NCBI GenBank assembly: GCA_051532055.1
Contig: JAOPTX010000094.1
Location: forward strand, 1-21,140
Direction: 5' to 3'
DNA from: Fibrobacterales bacterium
Lineage (GTDB): Bacteria > Fibrobacterota > Fibrobacteria > Fibrobacterales > JAOPTW01
Length of the DNA: 21,140 nucleotides
Shown: in pieces, positions 1 to 6,676 of the stretch
Layout: each line of letters begins with the position of its first letter
Position numbering within the stretch: the first letter of the stretch is position 1
Notes under the pieces: generated by a model
The model's input: only the letters and a program-made list of their open reading frames with translations
Told to the model about the DNA's origin: nothing
Database searches by the model: none
Program-made: the position numbers and the translations under genes

Positions 1-11
1 TGGGGATTGCT

Positions 12-569
12 ATGGATATGTCCTGTGAGAATGAGAGTACCGAAAAGTGTGTAAATAAAAGAGAAATTCTTTGTGCAGAGGTGTTGCGACCTGATCCAGT
101 TAAGCACTATAACACATTTGGTAATTTGATTGATGGTAAAGTTGTATTCGTTGATTATTCTGTTAATTCTGGTATAATGGGTGAAGAATGTTTGTCGTGT
201 AGTAATGATGAACTGATTACTATTTCAGGGGGGGAGATGGTGTTTTACGATGGAACGTCTTATCGTTCAGCTGATTTTGCTCCCTTAGATTCGGTAATAG
301 CGGGGTTTGATAGTGAATCAGGTCTGCCTATTAAAACATTTTATTTTAATGTTGAGGCAGTTTTAGATACGATTTTACCTCTTGATGTGAGAAAGAGGTA
401 TCTTGAAGTGGCTGCAGTTAAATTATGGAATGAAGAAAAAGACTATATCCAGGAGTTTAGCCTTGGTGCTGAACATCATTGGTATAAAGGGGTACGGAAT
501 GTGCCACTTGATTCAATAATTGATCTAAAAGAGATGGGAAGTGTCTGTACCCATCCGGCTTGTTTATAA
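12..569 (+). CDS. hypothetical protein (possibly 5'-truncated by the window edge)
   Basis: 185-aa ORF; the frame is also open from base 3 to the ATG at 12, so the true start may lie outside the window; no recognisable motif. Confidence 0.6.
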   Translation: MDMSCENESTEKCVNKREILCAEVLRPDPVKHYNTFGNLIDGKVVFVDYSVNSGIMGEECLSCSNDELITISGGEMVFYDGTSYRSADFAPLDSVIAGFDSESGLPIKTFYFNVEAVLDTILPLDVRKRYLEVAAVKLWNEEKDYIQEFSLGAEHHWYKGVRNVPLDSIIDLKEMGSVCTHPACL

Positions 570-584
570 AGGAATGTACTACAT

Positions 585-974
585 ATGTTTTCAGTAGATT
601 TTAAAGTACGTGACTACGAATGTGATATTCAGGGCATAGTCAACAACGCAACCTATCAAAATTACCTCGAGCATACACGGCATGAGTTTCTCCAAAGTAA
701 AGGAATTGACTTTGCTGAGTATCATGAGAAAGGTGTCGACCTTGTATTGATAAAAGCTGAAATCGAATATAAAAAATCTCTGAAACCGGGTGACCGCTTT
801 TCTGTGACCCTACGACTTGAAAAAGTAGGCCGACTCAAGTTTATTTTTCATCAAGAGCTCTACAAAGAGGGCGAAGACACGCCTGTGTTAACAGCACAAA
901 TGACGGCGACGAGTTTAGTGAATGGGAGGCCGAGGCCTCATACTGAATTGCTTGAGCTCCTATTCGCAGAGTAG
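585..974 (+). CDS. acyl-CoA thioesterase (4HBT/YbgC/FadM hot-dog family)
   Basis: N-terminal motif VRDYECDIQGIVNNATYQNYLEHTR; 129 aa; AAGGA RBS upstream. Confidence 0.9.
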   Translation: MFSVDFKVRDYECDIQGIVNNATYQNYLEHTRHEFLQSKGIDFAEYHEKGVDLVLIKAEIEYKKSLKPGDRFSVTLRLEKVGRLKFIFHQELYKEGEDTPVLTAQMTATSLVNGRPRPHTELLELLFAE

Positions 975-985
975 TGAGTAAGTTT

Positions 986-1432
986 TTAACTTCCGACACA
1001 TCCAACAAACAGCTCTGCACGGTCTTGTAGTGTTAATAATGTGGCTCTGAGAGTTTCTTGATAGGTTTCTTTGTCTGAGTCACTGAGTGTTGATGCTGTC
1101 GTTGATTGTAGGTCAATAGCCAATGCGAATCGCATCTGATTGTCATTTACTTTTTGAAGGGTTGCTTCAAGAGTATAGATGGGGGCATTGGGTTCGTTCG
1201 TTGAAAAGCTTAAGGCTTTCCATTTTTCAAAAACAGTTACCGATGCGGCAATAGGGTTTACGATAGAGGAGAGTGGGATGTCTAGGGTGAGCTCAGTGTT
1301 GTTTTCAAGAAGATGTGCATGCTGGGTGCTGAAAAGCTTGTTCCAGTCTTTGTAGGCTATTGTATTGATTAAGATGCTCCAGACAGCATGTAGTGGGGCG
1401 TCAATGTATATTGATGAACTAAAAGTAGGCAT
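986..1432 (-). CDS. SRPBCC/START-like (polyketide cyclase 2) domain protein
   Basis: N-terminal SIYIDAPLHAVWSIL...YKDWN matches the SRPBCC I-x-AP-x2-VW...Y-x2-WN pattern; AAGGA RBS. Confidence 0.7.
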   Translation of the reverse strand: MPTFSSSIYIDAPLHAVWSILINTIAYKDWNKLFSTQHAHLLENNTELTLDIPLSSIVNPIAASVTVFEKWKALSFSTNEPNAPIYTLEATLQKVNDNQMRFALAIDLQSTTASTLSDSDKETYQETLRATLLTLQDRAELFVGCVGS

Positions 1433-1503
1433 AGCTATTCCTTTTGAGCGGTAGACAGTAAGTCTGATTAGAGGGGCTGCAGTTAAAAGTAATGCATTTT
1501 GAG

Positions 1504-1537
1504 AAATAAAAAAGCTCTCTTGAAAATCAAGAGAGCT
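1504..1537 (-). terminator. intrinsic terminator of amtB1-glnK1
   Basis: perfect 11-bp inverted repeat AGCTCTCTTGA/TCAAGAGAGCT (1513-1537) followed on the minus strand by TTTTTATTT. Confidence 0.85.
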
Positions 1538-1562
1538 CGAATACTATATAATACAGAATTGG

Positions 1563-1904
1563 TTATCCGACGGCGTCGTTTCCACGCTCTCCTGTTCTGA
1601 TTCTGATACATTCGTCAAGATCGCGAACAAAAATTTTACCATCGCCTATTGCACCGGTACGGGCGCCTTTGATGATTGCTTCAATCGTTGCTTCTACGAA
1701 GTCAGAATTGACTGCTACTTCAAGCTTTGTTTTCTTGAGAAGATTTACGTGAACAATAGTTCCGCGATAGGTCTCATCGTATCCTGCTTGTTGTCCGCAT
1801 CCTTGCACTGATGATACGGTCATTTTCTTGATACCTGCTGCAAAGAGTGCATCTTTAACATCGGTAAGTTTGTCTGGTTGAATAACTGCTGTAACTAATT
1901 TCAT
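1563..1904 (-). CDS. glnK: P-II family nitrogen regulator (GlnK-type, copy 1)
   Basis: [10 protein letters not shown] start, T-loop [23 protein letters not shown]; directly downstream of amtB; ATG at 1904 chosen for spacing to AGGAG (alternative 1910). Confidence 0.93.
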   Translation of the reverse strand: MKLVTAVIQPDKLTDVKDALFAAGIKKMTVSSVQGCGQQAGYDETYRGTIVHVNLLKKTKLEVAVNSDFVEATIEAIIKGARTGAIGDGKIFVRDLDECIRIRTGERGNDAVG

Positions 1905-1920
1905 ATTCATTCTCCTTTAA

Positions 1921-3216
1921 TTATTCAACATCCAAAAAGCCGTAACCGTGTTCAGCGTGTTGAGTTTTGTCCATACCTTTAAGTTCATCTTCGTCTGTTA
2001 GTCTAAAGCCGATAGTTTTTTTGATTACTACTGCAATAATAAGTGAGAGAGCGACTGCATATACAATAGTTACGAGTATTGCAAAAATTTGAACCCAAAG
2101 TTGACTTCCAATTGTTGCACCTGCCGAATCTGCCCACCAGCTATCACGAATAAAGAAGACGAGAAGAACTGCACCAACGATACCACCAGTTCCGTGGATA
2201 CCAAAAGCATCAAGAGTATCGTCATATCCAAGTTTCTCTTTCAATTGAATTGCACCATAGCAGACAATAGAAGATATAAATCCAAGCACCAATGCGCCTA
2301 CTGGTTGCACAACCCCGGCAGCCGGGGTAATTGCTACGAGACCTGCTAGGATACCTGATACGATACCAAGAGAGGTGCCTTTGCCAGTGTGTAGTTTTTC
2401 AACAATGATCCACGAGAGTGCCCCTGCTGATGCAGCAGTTTGGGTAACGGTAAGTGCGCGCGCAGCATCAAGTCCTGAAGATACCGCTGAACCAGCATTA
2501 AAGCCGAACCAACCAACCCAAAGTAGACCTGCACCTACAAGTGTCATAACAAGGTTATTAGGGTTCATAGGTGCTCTGTGGAGGCCTTTGCGGGCACCAA
2601 GGAAGATTGCGATTGCAAGACCAGAGATACCTGCAGAGATGTGTACAACCGTACCGCCGGCAAAGTCAATAGCGCCATCAAGAAGTAGAAAGCCGTCAGC
2701 CGCCCAAACCCAGTGACAGAGTGGGATGTACACTAGGGTAAACCATGCGACGATAAAAATGATATACGCTTTAAAGCTGATACGTTCTGCAAAAGCACCT
2801 GCAAGAATAGCGGGGGTGATAATGGCAAATTTCCCTTGGAACATTGCAAATAGATATTCGGGGATGCCTGCTTCGAGTATCGTGTCATCGATACCGGTGA
2901 GAAAGAGATAATTCGGTTCCCAACCTATCCATCCTCCAAGAACATTGGGGCCAAACGCTAGAGCGTACCCATAGACAACCCACAGTGTGCCGATGATGCC
3001 CATAGCCATAAAAGACTGCATCATGGTGCCTAGAACATTTTTGGTGCGGACAAGGCCCCCATAAAACATTGCAAGCCCTGGGATCATAAGGAGGACGAGG
3101 GCATTACAGACCATCATCCATGCTGTGGTTCCGGTATCAATTGCCGGTTGTTCTCCTGCAAATGCACTGCCTGCACCTACAAGGAGTAGAATCAAAGCGA
3201 ATAATTTTTTATTCAT
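1921..3216 (-). CDS. amtB: ammonium transporter AmtB (copy 1, E. coli AmtB-like, with N-terminal signal peptide)
   Basis: GLAMFYGGLVR, DFAGGTVVH, WFGFNAGS, DDTLDAFGIHG; start moved to ATG 3216 (MNKKLFALILLLVGAGSAFA) because the ORF-track TTG at 3270 lies in the sigma-54 -24 box. Confidence 0.95.
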   Translation of the reverse strand: MNKKLFALILLLVGAGSAFAGEQPAIDTGTTAWMMVCNALVLLMIPGLAMFYGGLVRTKNVLGTMMQSFMAMGIIGTLWVVYGYALAFGPNVLGGWIGWEPNYLFLTGIDDTILEAGIPEYLFAMFQGKFAIITPAILAGAFAERISFKAYIIFIVAWFTLVYIPLCHWVWAADGFLLLDGAIDFAGGTVVHISAGISGLAIAIFLGARKGLHRAPMNPNNLVMTLVGAGLLWVGWFGFNAGSAVSSGLDAARALTVTQTAASAGALSWIIVEKLHTGKGTSLGIVSGILAGLVAITPAAGVVQPVGALVLGFISSIVCYGAIQLKEKLGYDDTLDAFGIHGTGGIVGAVLLVFFIRDSWWADSAGATIGSQLWVQIFAILVTIVYAVALSLIIAVVIKKTIGFRLTDEDELKGMDKTQHAEHGYGFLDVE

Positions 3217-3253
3217 TATAACCTTCTTAGTTTTTTTGTTTGGTGCACATAAC

Positions 3254-3270
3254 TGCAAATCCTGTGCCAA
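3254..3270 (-). promoter_or_regulatory. sigma-54 (-24/-12) promoter of amtB1-glnK1
   Basis: minus strand reads TTGGCAC-AGGAT-TTGCA, matching TGGCAC-N5-TTGCW, 37 nt before the amtB1 ATG. Confidence 0.85.
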
Positions 3271-3310
3271 CTGAATATCGTTGATTTTACCATAAAAATG
3301 AGATTCTACA

Positions 3311-3383
3311 ACAAAAATGTCTTATTTCTACCAATTTGTTTTCACATTTTTGTCGAATGTTAGTGTGCGAGAGACAAATTTGT
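3311..3383. promoter_or_regulatory. cluster of ACA-N4-TGT inverted repeats, candidate activator/regulator sites
   Basis: ACAAAAATGT 3311-3320, ACATTTTTGT 3344-3353, ACAAATTTGT 3374-3383 (plus ACCAATTTGT 3330-3339); the same 10-mer recurs at 8535-8544 upstream of amt2. Confidence 0.45.
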
Positions 3384-3513
3384 GGCATATTGTTTGATAA
3401 ATTGGGGTGTGGTGAGCCTGTAAAGGAACGTGCCATAGGATATCTCTTGCCAAATAGAATGAAAAATATTAAGTTATACTAAATAAAATTAAGTAATACT
3501 AAAGTTCTGGTCT

Positions 3514-4098
3514 GTGAAATATAATTTTGGCGATAAGATACGTAAGGTGAGACAAGAAAAAAAGCTCACAATGAAAGAGCTTGCTCGAATGGTATCCATA
3601 TCCGAAAGCATGGTTTCACAAATAGAGCGAAATTTAGTATCACCAGCGATTGACACTCTTTTGACTCTTGCCGATGTATTGGACGTGGATTTTGAGTATC
3701 TTTTCGGTGAATTTAGAAATAAGAAGAAGGCACATGTTGTGCGAGCTGACGCGCGACACCAAATGTTAAAAAATGGTGTCCGATATGAGCAGCTCTCTAA
3801 CATTGGTGATAGTGACCTCTCCTTTGATATTGGATCCTACTATATTGAGATTGAGGTAGGTTCGAGCAGAGGGGCGCGAGACCATGGTCATGTGGGCAAT
3901 GAACTTGGTGTTATCGTAGAGGGCCGTGCACGTTTTGAGTATGGTACGGAGATCTATGAACTGGGGAAAGGAGATAGCATCTCGTTTTCGGCAAGTGTGC
4001 CTCATGTGCTAATGAATGATGGTGATGAGACCCTCAAAGCAATTTGGGTTGTGACTCCACCAAAAATGATTTTTAATGGGCAACCGCCCGCAAAATAG
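3514..4098 (+). CDS. XRE-family HTH regulator with C-terminal cupin domain (PuuR-like architecture)
   Basis: HTH_3 signature GDKIRKVRQEKKLTMKELA...SQIERNLVSP; cupin HGHVGNE...GDSISF...PH; GTG start without a clear RBS. Confidence 0.88.
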   Translation: MKYNFGDKIRKVRQEKKLTMKELARMVSISESMVSQIERNLVSPAIDTLLTLADVLDVDFEYLFGEFRNKKKAHVVRADARHQMLKNGVRYEQLSNIGDSDLSFDIGSYYIEIEVGSSRGARDHGHVGNELGVIVEGRARFEYGTEIYELGKGDSISFSASVPHVLMNDGDETLKAIWVVTPPKMIFNGQPPAK

Positions 4099-4108
4099 GA
4101 GAAAGATT

Positions 4109-5386
4109 ATGGGAAAGACCATAACTGAAAAAATATTCGAGACGCATCTTGTTGACAAGCCGTTTCCCGGGGTGAATGTTATTAAGCTCGACAAAGTATT
4201 TTGTCACGAAATTACAACACCGGTTGCTATCACTGACCTTATGGCTCGTGGTAAAGACCGTGTCTTTGATAAAACTGCAATTAAAGCCGTTATTGACCAT
4301 GTGACTCCAGCAAAAGATTCTAAAACTGCCATGCAGGGTAAAATTATGCGGGAGTGGGCACGCCGTAACGATATTAAAGACTTTTTTGATATCGGTGAGA
4401 ATGGTGTGTGTCACGCGATTTTTCCAGAGAAAGGATTTGTACGTCCTGGTAATACCATTATTATGGGTGATTCACATACTTGTACACATGGTGCATTTGG
4501 TGCATTTGCTGCTGGTGTGGGTACCACTGACCTTGAGGTTGGTATTCTTAAAGGTGTCTGTTCTTTTATGCAGCCAGAGACTATTAAGTTTAACTTAACA
4601 GGAAAACTTAAGCCAGGCGTTTTCGCAAAAGATGTGATCCTTTATATCATCAAGCAGATCTCAGTTAATGGAGCGACTAATCGAGTAATGGAATTTACTG
4701 GACCGCTTGTTGACTCTATGGACATGGAAGAGCGTATGACACTCTGTAACATGGCGATTGAAGCTGGCGGTACCTGCGGTGTTTGTGCTGCAGATGAAGC
4801 GACTGTTGAATACCTTTGGCCATTTATACAGGATGAATTTGCAACAAAAGAAGCGGCTCTTTTAGAATATGGGAAATGGTGCTCTGATCCAGATGCTGAA
4901 TTTGCTGAAGTGTATGAGTATGATATGTCTGAACTTACTCCACAGGCGACTTTTGGGAATAAACCTGATGAAGTGACTGAAATTTCTGAAATGGAAGGAA
5001 CTCGTATTGATCAAGTATATGTTGGTTCTTGTACAAATGGTCGTATCACGGATCTTCGTGAAGCGGCAAAAATTCTTGAAGGTAAAAAAATCAGTCCTGA
5101 TGTGCGGGGCATTCTTGCACCAGCTACACCTGATATTATGCGTATGGCTATTGATGAAGGAATCATCTCTACATTCATGGCGGCGGGTTTTTGTGTAACA
5201 AACCCAACGTGTGGTGCGTGTCTCGGAATGAGTAATGGTGTACTTGCAGATGGAGAAGTGTGCGCATCAACTACTAACCGTAACTTTAATGGTCGTATGG
5301 GTAAAGGTGGAACGGTACATCTTATGAGTCCTGCATCGGCAGCAGCAACTGCGATTGCTGGTACAATAACCACGGCAACAGTGTAA
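4109..5386 (+). CDS. leuC: 3-isopropylmalate dehydratase large subunit (short LeuC/HacA type)
   Basis: MGKTITEKI start after AGGAG; DH, GDSHTCTHGA, GSCTNGR, CGACLG (4Fe-4S cysteines), STTNRNFNGRMG. Confidence 0.9.
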   Translation: MGKTITEKIFETHLVDKPFPGVNVIKLDKVFCHEITTPVAITDLMARGKDRVFDKTAIKAVIDHVTPAKDSKTAMQGKIMREWARRNDIKDFFDIGENGVCHAIFPEKGFVRPGNTIIMGDSHTCTHGAFGAFAAGVGTTDLEVGILKGVCSFMQPETIKFNLTGKLKPGVFAKDVILYIIKQISVNGATNRVMEFTGPLVDSMDMEERMTLCNMAIEAGGTCGVCAADEATVEYLWPFIQDEFATKEAALLEYGKWCSDPDAEFAEVYEYDMSELTPQATFGNKPDEVTEISEMEGTRIDQVYVGSCTNGRITDLREAAKILEGKKISPDVRGILAPATPDIMRMAIDEGIISTFMAAGFCVTNPTCGACLGMSNGVLADGEVCASTTNRNFNGRMGKGGTVHLMSPASAAATAIAGTITTATV

Positions 5387-5401
5387 GGTAAGGAGAATAC
5401 T

Positions 5402-5926
5402 ATGAAACAATTTAAAGGTAACGTACTGTTTTTAGATAGATCAGATATTAATACTGATGAGATCATTCCTGCAAAATACCTCACCGAAATTACTAAAGAA
5501 GCGCTGAAACCGTATCTTCTTGAAGATCTCACTCTTGATACATTTAGTCCTACAAAGGATTGTGGAAACAAAGGTGTTGTTATTTCTCGAGGAAACTTTG
5601 GGTGTGGATCATCGCGTGAGCATGCGCCATGGGCTTTTGAAGTAAATGGTATTAATGTGGTAATTGCTGAAAGCTATGCTCGTATCTTCCGTCAAAATAT
5701 GTTTAACTGTGGGATGATGGCGATTGAGCTCCCTTCTGAAACTATTGATGAACTCTTTAAAGAGTTTGGTGGAATTGATACTCTTATAGAGGTTAACCTC
5801 GATGAGAAAACTATTCTTATTGAGGGTGGTGATAAGCAACAAACCGTCTCTTTCTCAATTAGTGAATATGATGAGGCTCTTGTGAATGCAGGTGGCTGGC
5901 TTGAATATGCAGATAAAAACTATTAA
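5402..5926 (+). CDS. leuD: 3-isopropylmalate dehydratase small subunit
   Basis: DINTDEIIPAKYL, NFGCGSSREHAPWA, IAESYARIFRQN; AGGAG RBS; follows leuC. Confidence 0.9.
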   Translation: MKQFKGNVLFLDRSDINTDEIIPAKYLTEITKEALKPYLLEDLTLDTFSPTKDCGNKGVVISRGNFGCGSSREHAPWAFEVNGINVVIAESYARIFRQNMFNCGMMAIELPSETIDELFKEFGGIDTLIEVNLDEKTILIEGGDKQQTVSFSISEYDEALVNAGGWLEYADKNY

Positions 5927-5960
5927 TCAACGATTTTTTTTTGATTGATTTATTTTAATA

Positions 5961-6000
5961 GCACCCCTCTGATTTTATTTCAGTGGGGTGTTTTGATTTT
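5961..6000 (+). terminator. intrinsic terminator after leuD
   Basis: stem GCACCCC-T-CTGA / TCAG-T-GGGGTGT (5961-5991) followed by TTTGATTTT. Confidence 0.75.
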
Positions 6001-6028
6001 CATTCAATAGCTTGGGTTAGGTTACGGT

Positions 6029-6283
6029 ATGTCTAAAAAATATTTTATATGTCCCAACTGTGGAGAAGAAGTAGCGGAAGGAAAACTTGCGTGTCCAAGC
6101 TGTGGTTCTGACGCTGATACTGGTTGGAATGATGATACCCTCTATGATAATGTTGGGCTTCCTGAAGAAGAAATTTATCCTGCAGACCCCAGTGGTAAAA
6201 AATCTGGTGAGGTGTCTCCCGTTCTAAAAATAATTGCGTGGGTCGTTCTTGGATTGTTTCTGTATTTGTTCGTTTTAAGATAA
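6029..6283 (+). CDS. zinc-ribbon protein with C-terminal transmembrane helix
   Basis: CPNC-x10-CPSC near the N-terminus, acidic linker, hydrophobic C-terminus IIAWVVLGLFLYLFVL. Confidence 0.8.
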   Translation: MSKKYFICPNCGEEVAEGKLACPSCGSDADTGWNDDTLYDNVGLPEEEIYPADPSGKKSGEVSPVLKIIAWVVLGLFLYLFVLR

Positions 6284-6289
6284 GATATA

Positions 6290-6316
6290 GTTATGAGCCC
6301 TTTATCGGGTCGTAAC
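6290..6316 (+). terminator. hairpin downstream of the zinc-ribbon gene (possible terminator or processing stem)
   Basis: GTTATGA(G)CCC-tttatc-GGGTCGTAAC stem; no U-tract follows. Confidence 0.35.
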
Positions 6317-6353
6317 CCAAACTTCTCAAATGTTTCTTACTGTTCCTGATAAA

Positions 6354-6401
6354 TCACTGCATCTTGTATAAAAATATACTATGCCCCACAATAAAGTGTA
6401 T
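6354..6401. promoter_or_regulatory. tandem candidate NrdR boxes
   Basis: TCACTGCATCTTGTAT (6354-6369, 11/16 to acaCwAtATaTwGtgt) and CCACAATAAAGTGTAT (6386-6401, 12/16), starts 32 bp apart, just upstream of an NrdD-like ORF. Confidence 0.45.
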
Positions 6402-6444
6402 TACCTTTTAAAAAGTAACGATCACATCTTTAAAAGGGGGGCAC

Positions 6445-6624
6445 ATGTCTGCTATTATTTTAAAAGATTCAGAGAGAACCAAATGTGAAATCTGGACTCG
6501 GGTTATGGGCTACCATAGACCAGTGACAGAGTTTAATATGGGGAAAAAATCTGAATATGCTGAGCGTACACCATTTCTTGAAGTACGTGCTCTGGAAGAA
6601 TTTGGTCTCCGCGCAACAGCTTAA
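6445..6624 (+). CDS. stand-alone glycyl-radical peptide of class III ribonucleotide reductase type (NrdD C-terminal domain only), 59 aa
   Basis: hand translation MSAIILKDSERTKCEIWTRVMGYHRPVTEFNMGKKSEYAERTPFLEVRALEEFGLRATA; NrdD signature RVxGY-x-RP...FNxGK-x2-E-x3-R; purine-rich RBS AAAAGGGGGG; absent from the ORF track, whose shortest entry is 60 aa. Confidence 0.9.
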   Translation: MSAIILKDSERTKCEIWTRVMGYHRPVTEFNMGKKSEYAERTPFLEVRALEEFGLRATA

Positions 6625-6647
6625 TTATCAACTACATTTAATGTTTT

Positions 6648-6676
6648 AAGGGTGCTCATATATTTATGCACTTTTT
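6648..6676 (+). terminator. weak terminator between the glycyl-radical peptide gene and the convergent HDOD gene
   Basis: AAGGGTGC(TC)ATA-tatt-TATGCACTTT imperfect stem ending in a T run. Confidence 0.4.

Noticed and set aside
3217..3270. 18-aa N-terminal extension of AmtB1 in the ORF track (TTG start)
   Set aside because: The TTG is part of the sigma-54 -24 box; ATG 3216 has an AGAAGG RBS and begins a typical signal peptide
3383..3435. Extra sigma-54-like boxes TGGCATATTGTTTGA (+, 3383-3397) and TGGCACGTTCCTTTA (-, 3421-3435)
   Set aside because: Both lack the conserved GC at -12
4076..4108. Apparent overlap between the XRE gene and leuC
   Set aside because: The likely leuC start is ATG 4109 (MGKTITEKI) after AGGAG, so the genes do not overlap
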